Positions 55,241-64,000 of a DNA stretch of 64,000 nt are shown here, piece by piece. Under the pieces are notes generated by a model. That model was not told where the DNA came from. It did not search any database and saw only the letters and a list, made by a program, of their open reading frames with translations. The stretch's first letter is position 1. Each line of letters opens with the position of its first letter. A program made the position numbers and the translations under genes. The DNA is from an uncultured Planctomycetia bacterium (GTDB lineage Bacteria > Planctomycetota > UBA8108 > UBA1146), in the NCBI GenBank assembly GCA_964605665.1, contig CAZSDP010000003.1, positions 24,941 to 88,940 of the forward strand. Direction: 5' to 3'.

Positions 55241-57505
55241 ATGAAAACCGCTCTGCATTCTCAACTGCCCCGCATCCTGGTGATCTTTCTCTTCTTCCTT
55301 CTCTCATCCCCTGTCACTCCTCTCTTCGCACAGGCTGCCCAGGACGATTGCGACGACAGTGTGCTCATCGGACTCGGCGTGACGATGTATGACACGACTT
55401 TGGCGACCACAGACGGTCCTGAGCCTTGCGCCCTACTGGGGAGCGACATCTGGTTCCGATTCATCGCACCAAACACCACGAACTATGAGATCTCTCTCTG
55501 CGCAGGGACATCTTACGACGCAGCCTTGGCCATCTATCCGGGGATGATTGCCTGTCCACCCACCGCGACCGATGCGATCGCGTGCGATGATGATGGTTGC
55601 ACCGGAGCGGCAACTCTCAACTCGTTCGTGACCATCCACCTCTCGGCGGGACAAGAGATCTTGATTCAGGTGGGCGGATACGATGGGGCAATTGGCTCTG
55701 GCGAAATCACCATCACTGAATTGGCAGCTCCGTCGGCACCCGATCAATGTGCAAATGCGGAAGAGATCTTCGAAGGCGTAACGGCCTTTGAAACATTGAC
55801 CTCCACGACGGATGGGCCTCAAGCATGTGCACAAATCGGCAGTGACGTCTGGTTCACGTTCACTGCTCCCTCTGACGGATCTTGGCGGATCAGCCTCTGT
55901 GCCGGCACGAATTACGATGCCGCTCTGGCCGTGTATCCGGGCAGCGTCAGTTGCCCCCCCACCGACAACGATGTTCTCACTTGCAATGATGACGGATGCT
56001 TCGGAGCTGGTCCTCCCATCGCCATCATTTCTTTGAATAGTGGAGAACAGATCTTGCTCCAGGTTGGTGGCTGGAGTTCTGCAGCAGGGATCGGCGAGAT
56101 CGTCATCGACGACGTTCCCCCACTGCCGGCGGGAGCGGACATCCTGATTGGAGAGATTTCCAACTTCGTCCAGTTCGGTCGACTCGCCGATGAAATCGGT
56201 TGCGGCATCGAGTCAGTGACTTGCAATGCGGGGGCTGAACCTCTCGATTGGTTTGGCAATCCCGATCCTCGTCACCCCTTCATCACCACCGCTGCATATC
56301 GGTTGGAGAATGGTCGCTTCTACCAAATCGGTATGTCTTGGGCGAAGCACGGTTTCGCCGCCGCTCAGACCAACGCATGCAATCTCGGCTGCAGCCCTTT
56401 CCCGAACGGTACGCGACTGGGAAGTGGCTGCTCCGATGTCTATGGAGCATCGACCAATGCCGCCCAGCAGTTCCTTGGACCGAGATCTGAGATCAACCCC
56501 TGGACGGGAGCCTACGAATACTCGACTTCGATACTCTCCAGCACTTCGGGGCCGTACGATCCGATCGAACGACGACTTCGAATCCAAGATCGCGACGTCG
56601 ATCCGAGCATGCATCCTGGAGCTGAGTACTTCTGTGAAGTCTTGGTGCTCGCCCACGACGACGTCGACCACCTCAACAGCGTCGCGTGGCAGCCGATTTC
56701 GGTCAGTCCGATGAGTCCTAGTGGTGTCTTCACCTTCGATACTGCTGCCACCAGTACCCTCGGTCCGGCGATTTTTGCCTGGCCCGACGCGACAATCGTC
56801 GAAGTGCTCGAACCGACCGCGCAGGACGGTCGCGTCTTTGTCGGTCATCGTGCGATCGAGCTCGGGGGTGATCTCTGGCGTTATGAATATGCGATTCAGA
56901 ACCTCGACTTGAACTCGGGAATCGGTTCCTTCGAGATTCCTGTACCTGCCGGAGTGACCGTTTCGAACTTACAGTTTCACGCACCGAACCAGCACGAGCC
57001 CAATTTTGCCGATGAACCGTGGCAGGGGACCAGGCAAACTGATTCCGTTCGTTGGGAGACGAACCCGATCGGCTCTCCAGCTCTGACCAATCCGATTCGC
57101 TGGGGAGCTCTCTACAATTTCTCTTTCACGGCGGATTCCCCCCCGGAGTCGGTGACTGCAATCCTCGAAACCTATGATCCCAGTATTCTCACCTCGATGA
57201 GTGCTGACGTGGTTTCACCGCTCGCGCCTCCCCTGGTGGAGAGCTTCCGCCGTGGAGACATCAATGCGGATGGCCTCTACGATGTGGCGGACGTGATCGC
57301 TGGCCTCCAATGCCTCTTCTTCTGCTTCCCAGCTTGCCTCGACGCGCACGACGTCAACGATGATGGACAGTGGGATATCGCCGACCCGATCTACGAACTC
57401 GACTACCTCTTCTCCGGAGGTCCATCGCCCGCCGCGCCATTTCCAGAGTGTGGCGAAGACTTAACCGCCGATGCCCTCGACTGTCAGAGCTATCAATGCC
57501 CGTGA
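55241..57505 (+). CDS. Secreted protein with two ~150-aa pre-peptidase-C-terminal-like repeats, a central domain of unknown function and a C-terminal dockerin-like/Cys module
   Basis: Signal peptide MKTALHSQLPRILVIFLFFLLSSPVTPLFAQA (the track ORF starts at 55115). Repeat 1 is DDCDDSVLIGLG...TTDGPEPCALLGSDIWFRFIAP...ISLCAGTSYDAALAIYPG...CDDDGC; repeat 2 is DQCANAEEIFEG...TTDGPQACAQIGSDVWFTFTAP...ISLCAGTNYDAALAVYPG...CNDDGC. The C-terminus is GDINADGLYDVADV...HDVNDDGQWDIADP...PAAPFPECGEDLTADALDCQSYQCP. Confidence 0.65.
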   Translation: MKTALHSQLPRILVIFLFFLLSSPVTPLFAQAAQDDCDDSVLIGLGVTMYDTTLATTDGPEPCALLGSDIWFRFIAPNTTNYEISLCAGTSYDAALAIYPGMIACPPTATDAIACDDDGCTGAATLNSFVTIHLSAGQEILIQVGGYDGAIGSGEITITELAAPSAPDQCANAEEIFEGVTAFETLTSTTDGPQACAQIGSDVWFTFTAPSDGSWRISLCAGTNYDAALAVYPGSVSCPPTDNDVLTCNDDGCFGAGPPIAIISLNSGEQILLQVGGWSSAAGIGEIVIDDVPPLPAGADILIGEISNFVQFGRLADEIGCGIESVTCNAGAEPLDWFGNPDPRHPFITTAAYRLENGRFYQIGMSWAKHGFAAAQTNACNLGCSPFPNGTRLGSGCSDVYGASTNAAQQFLGPRSEINPWTGAYEYSTSILSSTSGPYDPIERRLRIQDRDVDPSMHPGAEYFCEVLVLAHDDVDHLNSVAWQPISVSPMSPSGVFTFDTAATSTLGPAIFAWPDATIVEVLEPTAQDGRVFVGHRAIELGGDLWRYEYAIQNLDLNSGIGSFEIPVPAGVTVSNLQFHAPNQHEPNFADEPWQGTRQTDSVRWETNPIGSPALTNPIRWGALYNFSFTADSPPESVTAILETYDPSILTSMSADVVSPLAPPLVESFRRGDINADGLYDVADVIAGLQCLFFCFPACLDAHDVNDDGQWDIADPIYELDYLFSGGPSPAAPFPECGEDLTADALDCQSYQCP

Positions 57506-57509
57506 GGTC

Positions 57510-57989
57510 TCAGTCAGCGGGAGCGTCGTCGATCACTTCACTGTGCCGTGCGAACCGACTCTCTGGATAGCGCTCTCGAACCTCATTCCAGCGCGCTCGC
57601 AGCCGTGGTAAATCACGGCCACCGGCGAGGAACTCGGCGATCCCGAGCCAATGCAACGCCTCGGCAGCGGCCGGGGCTTCGGGAGTCTCTTCGACGATCG
57701 ACGAAAAAACCTGCGCCGATTGATCGAGTCGGCGATGGTGCATGTGATCGAGAGCCACCGGAATCTGCAGTTCCGCGATCCACTCCTTCGGAGGCAGCCA
57801 GCCCGTAAATCTGCGCAGTTCCCTCCCCCGTGAGTCGTCGACCAGAACGGTGGGAGCCCAAACGACTTTCGCGGTCTTGGTGGCATCGACGAATTCGGGA
57901 TGTGCCGTCGCGAGATCGAACTGGGTCCCACAGTAGTGCTCGGTGAGGAAACTCCCCACTTGCGGATCTGGCAGCGTGATCTCTGCCAT
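57510..57989 (-). CDS. Hypothetical protein
   Basis: A 159-aa ORF with protein-like composition, convergent with the upstream gene. No motif is recognised. Confidence 0.35.
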   Translation of the reverse strand: MAEITLPDPQVGSFLTEHYCGTQFDLATAHPEFVDATKTAKVVWAPTVLVDDSRGRELRRFTGWLPPKEWIAELQIPVALDHMHHRRLDQSAQVFSSIVEETPEAPAAAEALHWLGIAEFLAGGRDLPRLRARWNEVRERYPESRFARHSEVIDDAPAD

Positions 57990-58119
57990 CCGCCGGCAAC
58001 CGAGTCAGCCCGGGGCGTGGAAGTAGCGCAGTCTCAATCTGCCGGTCGCCTCAGCTTGCGCTTGAGCTTCAGTCCAACTCTCGTGCCAAATCGACATCGT
58101 TATCCCCTTCTGGTCTCGT

Positions 58120-59067
58120 TCAGTCCGACTCGTGAGATCCCGCTTCGGAGTCTCGGGTGGACACTTTCTCCCCGTAGGTCGCCCAAACCGACTCTCCGGT
58201 CCCGCGGTGAATCCGAACCGTATCTTCTAGCCGGTGTGCATATCCTCCCGCGAGGGTCACCACTCCAGGTAGACCAAGTTGCGCAGCCCGTGAGATCACC
58301 ATTTCATCACGACGGCGCAATCCTTCAAAAGAGAGTTTCAAATCACCGAGTTGATCATCGTGAAACGGATCTGCACCTGCGACATAGAAAATCATCTCTG
58401 GAGATTCCTGGTCGAAGATGCGATCCAAGCCCTCTTCCAATCGGTCGAGATACTCTGAGTCCCCCACAAATTGATCGAGACCAATATCGAGGTCAGATCG
58501 CTCTTTGGCGGGATAGAGACGTTCTTGATGGATTGAGAAGGTAAACACCGATCGATCTCCACCGAAGATCGCCGCGGTCCCGTTTCCTTGGTGAAGGTCA
58601 GTATCGATGACGGCGACTCTTCCCAATCCGGCACTCTTTTGTAGGGATCGAATCGCGATGGCGACATCGTTGAAGTAGCAGAACCCCTCGGCATGATCAG
58701 CAAAGGCATGATGGAAGCCACCACCGAGGTGCATCGTCCAGCGCTCTTCCTCCCACGCGAGTTTCGCCGCTCGGAGGGTACCTCCCACCATCGCTTGAAA
58801 CCCTTCGATCGCCTCTCTCGAGACGGGCAATTCCGATGGGATCGTCCGTTCGGTCGCTCGCGCCGCGCGGAGATCGGCGAGGTAGGCTTCGGTGTGGACC
58901 AGGGATAGATCGGATGCGGAGACCTTTTGGGGCTCGCCAAACCGCGACTCAGGAATCCCGAGGTCGCGAAGCGCCCGGGCGATCAACTCGTACTTCACCG
59001 TCGGAAAGACGTGAATTCCGATATCGATCGGTGCCCGATTCGCGTGAATGAAGATCTCTGCACTCAA
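58120..59067 (-). CDS. Histone-deacetylase-family (arginase/deacetylase superfamily) protein, AcuC/HDAC-like
   Basis: HLGGGFHHAFADHAEGFCYFNDVAIAI...VIDTDLHQGNGTAAIF contains the Zn-binding Asp/His and the catalytic His-His of the HDAC family. Confidence 0.75.
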   Translation of the reverse strand: MSAEIFIHANRAPIDIGIHVFPTVKYELIARALRDLGIPESRFGEPQKVSASDLSLVHTEAYLADLRAARATERTIPSELPVSREAIEGFQAMVGGTLRAAKLAWEEERWTMHLGGGFHHAFADHAEGFCYFNDVAIAIRSLQKSAGLGRVAVIDTDLHQGNGTAAIFGGDRSVFTFSIHQERLYPAKERSDLDIGLDQFVGDSEYLDRLEEGLDRIFDQESPEMIFYVAGADPFHDDQLGDLKLSFEGLRRRDEMVISRAAQLGLPGVVTLAGGYAHRLEDTVRIHRGTGESVWATYGEKVSTRDSEAGSHESD

Positions 59068-59134
59068 TTTCGACTCCTCACGACGATGGCCTCAGCCAAG
59101 CCGCCTGAGCATCTGCTCTCGAGAGTAAAAAGAG

Positions 59135-62100
59135 TTACTGCGGCAGAACCCAAAGCGTCGCCGACATCTTCTCCACGGTGATGCTCTTACCTTCACCGGG
59201 GCCCGGCGTCGTGGCAATCGAAGTGGCCAAGGTCTCGGCAGCGATCTCATCCCGATGGGCAGCGACCGCCTCGAGAACCGGATCTTCACCGGTCAAATGG
59301 ACGACGACCTTTTGGGTATATTCGAGATCGAGTTCTTTTCGACTGGTCTGAACGTAGTGCTTGACCTCATTGGCGACCCCCTCGCGATGCAATTCGTCAG
59401 TCACCTCAGTATGAAGAATCAAGACTCCACAACTCCCTTGAGCCGCGGTCCACCCTTGTCGTGCATGCACTTCAATTTGCACATCGTCCGAGGTCAGTGT
59501 GACTTCACTCCCGTCGGGAAGTACGAGCGACACTTGCCCCTCGTCTTCTAAGGTACGAAGTAAGGCACCCGGACTCGCATATGCCTTCAGTTCCTTTTGG
59601 ATCTGGGGAGCAGCTTTTCCAAACTTTGGGCCGATTGAGCGGAAATTTGGTTTCACTTCGTAACGGACATATTCGTCCGCATGATCGAGGAAGTGTACTT
59701 TCTTGACATTGAGTTCTTCCTCGATGAGCGCGGTACAGGTCGCAACTTCTGCGGCGAGCTCTTTCCGTGCCAGCACCAACTCGACACGGTCGAGTGGTTG
59801 TCGAACTTTCAATTTCGCCTGCGCTCGAACCGCCCGCCCCATCGAAGTGATCTCCCGCACTGCGATCATCCTCTCGCTGAGGGGATCATCCACAAAGGCG
59901 GAGACCACCTCCGGATAATCACAGAGATGGATGGAGGCTGGGAACTCCCCGTCCCGCCGACTTCCGACCAAATTCCGATAGATCGCCTCGGTGAGGAAGG
60001 GAACGAAGGGCGCTGCCAACAGCGAAATCGAGACAAGACAGTGATAGAGCGTTGAATAGGCCGCATCTTTGTCCGCGGTCATTCCTTCCCCCCAGAAGCG
60101 ATCTCGACTTCGCCGTACATACCAATTGGAGAGTGCATCGACAAAATCATTGAGCGCACGTGCTGCGGGGAAATTTTCGAGCCGATCCATCCGCATCCGC
60201 ACTTCGGCAACCGTGCGATTCAATTCAGAGAGGATCCAGCGATCGAGTTCTGGCCAGTCTTCGATCTCGGAAGGAGTCCCTCGGAGATCTCCTTTCGGTT
60301 GCCAGCCATCGATGTTGGAGTAGATCGTGAAGAAGCTATAGACGTTCCATAGCCTGATCAGAAACTCCCTTTGCCCCTCCGCGATCGCTTGCTCTTGAAA
60401 GCGGACACTTGTCCATGGCGATTGGGAGCTGAAGAAGAGCCAACGCATGGCGTCGCTACCCTCCCGATCGAAAATGTAATCGGGGGTACGGTAGTTCTTC
60501 TTCGACTTCGACATTTTGAGGCCGTCTTCACCGAGAAGTAGCCCGAGCACCACACAACTGCGGAATGGCTGGGGCCATTGAGTCGGCAGGGAGTCTGGGA
60601 CACGCTCGTCAGCGCGTGCCACGCCATGTTCACCGAACAGCATCGTCGAAATCGAAAGCAGCGCGTAAAACCAGCCGCGAGTTTGATCGAGCGCCTCGGA
60701 GATGAAGGACGCAGGGAACTGATCCGCAAAACGAGTCCGACTCTCCTCTTGTTGGGGGAAACCCCATTGCGCAAAGGGCATACAACCCGCATCGAACCAG
60801 CAATCGATGACGTCTTTCACTCGTCGCATTCTCGCCCCGGGAGAGAACGGGGAGTCGTAGGTCACCTCATCGATCCAAGGACGATGGACTTTGAGGTGTT
60901 CGTCGAGTTGCGGATTTTCTTTTTTCGCTTCGGTCCAGACCTCGGTCCCCGATGCACCCGGCTTCGACGTCAGCTCAGCGTACGACTCGATCGCCTCCAT
61001 CTCTCCCGTTTCTTCACACACCCAGATTGGCAGGGGGGTCCCCCAATAGCGTTCACGGGAGAGTGTCCAGTCGACGTTCGACTCGAGGTACTTGCCAAAT
61101 CGGCCCGACTGGATGTGTTCCGGGAGCCAAGTGATCTCCTGGTTGTTTGCCAGCATCTCATCCACGAATTGCGTGGTCTTGATGAACCAACTCGCACGCG
61201 GATATTGAATGAGCGCATCTTGGTCAGACCGAGGGCAGAATGGATACTCATGGCGATACTGCTCGCGGTGGAAGAGCACTCCTTGTCCCTTGAGGGTTCG
61301 GATCAGCTCCTTATCCGCATCTTTGACCCATTGGCCCTCAAACTCGGGTAGATCGGAAGTGAATGTCCCGTTCGGCGCCACTGCATTGAGCAGCGGAATG
61401 ACGTCCGGATCGACGAAGCGAGCGCGCTCGCTCAAGAGGACGTCATAGTCCACTTCCCCAAAGGCGGGAGCCTGATGCACGACTCCAGTTCCGGAGTCGG
61501 TGGTGACGAAATCAGCAGTGACCACTCGCCAACAGCACGATTCTTCCCCTCCAGCCACGAGAGGCTCTCGGCTCTCTCCAAACTGGCGGTGGTAGATGTC
61601 GAAGGGGGGAAGGTAACGCCGTCCCACCAGCTCGCTCCCCTTGAGTCTCTCGACTTCAACGAATTCTCGCCCACTTTTGTCCGCGACTGTCGAGACCAAG
61701 TCCGCGGCAAGAATCAGTCGCTCCCCGTTCTCCTGGTCGCTGACCACGACATAGTCGAGGTCCTCATGGACCGCACAGAATTGATTGGAGGGGAGAGTCC
61801 AGGGAGTCGTGGTCCAAACCAAAAGAGCGGTGTTCTCTTCGTCGACGAGTGGCATTCGAACATAGACACTCGGATCATCGACGGTTCGGTATCCTTCTCC
61901 CACTTCTCCCGCGGAGAGACCCGTTCCACCTTGAGCCCACCACCAGACGATCTTGTTACCTTGATAGAGTAACCCCGCATCGAAGAGGCGCTTGAGAGAC
62001 CACCAGACACTTTCGACATAGTACTGGTGATAGGTTGCATACGCTGATTCGAGATCGACCCAAAAACCGAGACGTTCCGTCAACGACTCCCACTCTCGGG

Positions 62101-62506
62101 TGTATCGAAAGACCGACTCCTGACACTTTCGAATGAACGGTTCGATCCCGTACTCTTCGATCGCTTCCTTGGTGCGGATGTCGAGTTCTTTCTGCACCTC
62201 GACTTCGACCGGGAGACCGTGGGTGTCCCATCCCGCCTTTCGTTCACATAGCCTTCCTCGCATCGTCTGATAACGAGGAAACAGATCTTTGATCGCTCGA
62301 GTGAGGCAGTGCCCCGGATGGGGCATCCCATTCGCGGTCGGCGGACCTTCGTAGAAAACAAACCGCTCGGCATCGCTCCGTGCCTCGAGAGATTTTCGAT
62401 AGATCTCTTGTTCCTTCCAGAACGCCAAGATCTCAGCTTCCTGCGCGGGAAAATCGGGCTTGGTAGGAACGTCCTGGAATCGGAACGAGCTGGTCGGGTC
62501 GCTCAT
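59135..62506 (-). CDS. ileS: Isoleucyl-tRNA synthetase, long type-2 (eukaryote-like) form
   Basis: 1123 aa. HIGH motif PPTANGMPHPGHCLTRAIKD and KMSKS motif KMSKSKKN. Length and domain order are typical of type-2 IleRS. Confidence 0.9.
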   Translation of the reverse strand: MSDPTSSFRFQDVPTKPDFPAQEAEILAFWKEQEIYRKSLEARSDAERFVFYEGPPTANGMPHPGHCLTRAIKDLFPRYQTMRGRLCERKAGWDTHGLPVEVEVQKELDIRTKEAIEEYGIEPFIRKCQESVFRYTREWESLTERLGFWVDLESAYATYHQYYVESVWWSLKRLFDAGLLYQGNKIVWWWAQGGTGLSAGEVGEGYRTVDDPSVYVRMPLVDEENTALLVWTTTPWTLPSNQFCAVHEDLDYVVVSDQENGERLILAADLVSTVADKSGREFVEVERLKGSELVGRRYLPPFDIYHRQFGESREPLVAGGEESCCWRVVTADFVTTDSGTGVVHQAPAFGEVDYDVLLSERARFVDPDVIPLLNAVAPNGTFTSDLPEFEGQWVKDADKELIRTLKGQGVLFHREQYRHEYPFCPRSDQDALIQYPRASWFIKTTQFVDEMLANNQEITWLPEHIQSGRFGKYLESNVDWTLSRERYWGTPLPIWVCEETGEMEAIESYAELTSKPGASGTEVWTEAKKENPQLDEHLKVHRPWIDEVTYDSPFSPGARMRRVKDVIDCWFDAGCMPFAQWGFPQQEESRTRFADQFPASFISEALDQTRGWFYALLSISTMLFGEHGVARADERVPDSLPTQWPQPFRSCVVLGLLLGEDGLKMSKSKKNYRTPDYIFDREGSDAMRWLFFSSQSPWTSVRFQEQAIAEGQREFLIRLWNVYSFFTIYSNIDGWQPKGDLRGTPSEIEDWPELDRWILSELNRTVAEVRMRMDRLENFPAARALNDFVDALSNWYVRRSRDRFWGEGMTADKDAAYSTLYHCLVSISLLAAPFVPFLTEAIYRNLVGSRRDGEFPASIHLCDYPEVVSAFVDDPLSERMIAVREITSMGRAVRAQAKLKVRQPLDRVELVLARKELAAEVATCTALIEEELNVKKVHFLDHADEYVRYEVKPNFRSIGPKFGKAAPQIQKELKAYASPGALLRTLEDEGQVSLVLPDGSEVTLTSDDVQIEVHARQGWTAAQGSCGVLILHTEVTDELHREGVANEVKHYVQTSRKELDLEYTQKVVVHLTGEDPVLEAVAAHRDEIAAETLATSIATTPGPGEGKSITVEKMSATLWVLPQ

Positions 62507-62751
62507 ATTGGTCTTTCTTCGATCTGACTCAGAGGCTCAATGGTCGCGTTGCGCCGCCGCTCAGGACTTCCCCATCCACGGAGCCAACCACGGGGAGTGG
62601 GGAAGCGGGGCGCATCATAACAGAGGAGAGAACTCCTGCTCGCGGAGGCTGGAAGAATATCGATTTCGCGGATCGGGCATCCTCGCTCGGACATCCCTCG
62701 GTGGCTCAGCGTCACGGAGGAGAGAGGAAGCAACTCCCTGCGACTGTAGGC

Positions 62752-63474
62752 CTATTCCGGCGCGAACTGGACCGAGACCTTCAGGGCCAATTTTGTGGGA
62801 CGATCGGGAGGGCCTTCGAACCGTAGGGTTTGTTGAGAGAAGTTTCCACGAAAGGCCCCGCCCCTCTCTGAAGCTCGAAATCGAATCGAAGCCACCCGCG
62901 GCGAGCGGTAAAGCGTGGGAAATCTCGGCTCTGTCTCCTCCACCACAACTCCGAAGAGAAGGAAGTCTTGAGAGCGCCCATCTCGATCGACAGCGGCGAT
63001 CACCGCACCGATCCAGAAGAGGGTCGAGGGGCCCATCGGAACTCTTCCGAGCCCTTCAGAGAGCAACTCCACGAACTGGTGCTCCGGCTCGCACACCTCG
63101 AAGAGGCGCTTCGGTTGAAGAAACAGCTCTGCGGGAACGTCTTCCAGGTCGAGGGGGATCACCGGGCCAGGATAGGGAGCGGGAAGCTCTCCCGGGTCGG
63201 AGTCGGGCACCGTCAGAAGAATTGGGGCCTCGAAGGGCTGACCACCAAAGAGGAATCTCCTCCCCCCGTGATCTTCCCCGGGAAGGCCTTGATCGGAGAG
63301 ATCGTGCCCGGGAGCTTCTCCCTTATCCGCGGCGATCTCAAAAAAGATGGAGGTGTCGACCGATGACTCTCGATCACCGAACTCAATCGAGACTCCGAGC
63401 GCGAGCAAGATCAACGTGAGACAGATCACTCCGATCCCTCGAACGAACATTGGTGACCACCCCATCACGACCAA
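62752..63474 (-). CDS. Hypothetical secreted or membrane-anchored protein
   Basis: N-terminal hydrophobic segment GIGVICLTLILLALGVS, with a Pro/Asp-rich middle. No motif is recognised. Confidence 0.35.
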   Translation of the reverse strand: MVVMGWSPMFVRGIGVICLTLILLALGVSIEFGDRESSVDTSIFFEIAADKGEAPGHDLSDQGLPGEDHGGRRFLFGGQPFEAPILLTVPDSDPGELPAPYPGPVIPLDLEDVPAELFLQPKRLFEVCEPEHQFVELLSEGLGRVPMGPSTLFWIGAVIAAVDRDGRSQDFLLFGVVVEETEPRFPTLYRSPRVASIRFRASERGGAFRGNFSQQTLRFEGPPDRPTKLALKVSVQFAPE

Positions 63475-63634
63475 CGAGAGTCTCTGCGTGACTCCCTTCG
63501 CTGAACCGAAGCGGAGAGCAAGAGGTGAGAAACGTCAGTGGCGCAACTCAAGATCTATGCCAAGCGATCCCACTTGGAATCGCCCACTCGCGGAACGTAG
63601 CAGAACGCCCCGCGACCCCGAATACCAGTCTCCT

Positions 63635-64000
63635 TCAGCGAATCTTGAGAAGTAGGACGATCAAGAGAGGAGCGAGCAAAGCCTGCAGAATCAGGAAACG
63701 CACCAAAACCTGGGTATTCGACCACCCCAGCTTCGCCCGGACATGGTCGTGGAGGGGAAACCTCACCTTGCGGAAAATTCCGATCCTCAAGAATCGAAGG
63801 AGGGCGACTTTGACCAAACCTGTTCCACCGTTGACGAGAACGATGCCGGCAACGATCGGAAGCAGAAATACGTTACCACTCGTCAAAACAAAGATGCCCA
63901 GGAGTAGTCCGAGCGGACGTGAGCCCGCATCCCCCATCAATAATGCTGAGGGGTGCGCATTGAACCAAAGATAGCTCCCGAGGCTCCCGACCATCGTCAA
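63635..64000 (-). CDS. MraY/WecA-family (glycosyltransferase family 4) phospho-sugar transferase, C-terminal part only; the N-terminus lies beyond the window end
   Basis: LLMGDAGSRPLGLLLG and the C-terminal RFPLHDHVRAKLGWSNTQVLVRFLIL...LLLKIR resemble the conserved MraY/WecA C-terminus. The ORF is open at position 64000. Confidence 0.55.
   Translation of the reverse strand: MTMVGSLGSYLWFNAHPSALLMGDAGSRPLGLLLGIFVLTSGNVFLLPIVAGIVLVNGGTGLVKVALLRFLRIGIFRKVRFPLHDHVRAKLGWSNTQVLVRFLILQALLAPLLIVLLLKIR

Noticed and set aside
61144-61150. Third occurrence of the half-site TTGTTTG, inside ileS
   Set aside because: It has no CAAACAA partner at N6 spacing and is intragenic, so it is a chance half-site.

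Overview
This is a high-GC (about 60%) bacterial chromosomal segment of roughly 50 protein-coding genes. I found no rRNA, tRNA, CRISPR array or insertion sequence. Features such as dockerin-like Ca-binding loops with Cys-rich repeats, a DUF1579 protein, a type-2 isoleucyl-tRNA synthetase and many secreted proteins with lysine- and glutamate-rich inserts suggest a Planctomycetota-like organism, but that is an inference only. From start to end the window contains: a molybdoenzyme operon with the FeS/NrfD-fused subunit gene upstream of the catalytic subunit gene (108-4629, - strand); an AddAB-type helicase-nuclease pair; a proline-racemase-family gene; a secreted FG-GAP / Cys-rich Ca-binding repeat protein; eight translationally coupled secreted amidohydrolase-fold paralogs (14939-27469, - strand), of which only one keeps an obvious HxH metal motif; pdxS-pdxT followed by an atypical beta-ketoacyl synthase; yciH and an alkaline phosphatase; a periplasmic thioredoxin-fold protein with a His/Asp-rich tail; a polyferredoxin membrane protein; an ABC transporter; an iron locus (DtxR-family regulator and ferritin-like gene, divergent from feoA-feoB and a small Cys-rich membrane protein) with an unusual array of nine direct repeats at about 15-bp spacing in the shared promoter; an operon of outer-membrane porin, FMN-binding/ApbE fusion and a membrane protein, preceded by a 20-bp palindrome that also occurs upstream of the DtxR-like gene; a disrupted methyltransferase-like gene; pntAA-pntAB-pntB; a second secreted protein sharing a distinctive Cys-containing C-terminal module with the FG-GAP protein; an HDAC-like deacetylase; ileS; and a partial MraY/WecA-family gene at the window end. 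The many long antisense, Arg-rich ORFs in the six-frame track are high-GC artefacts.
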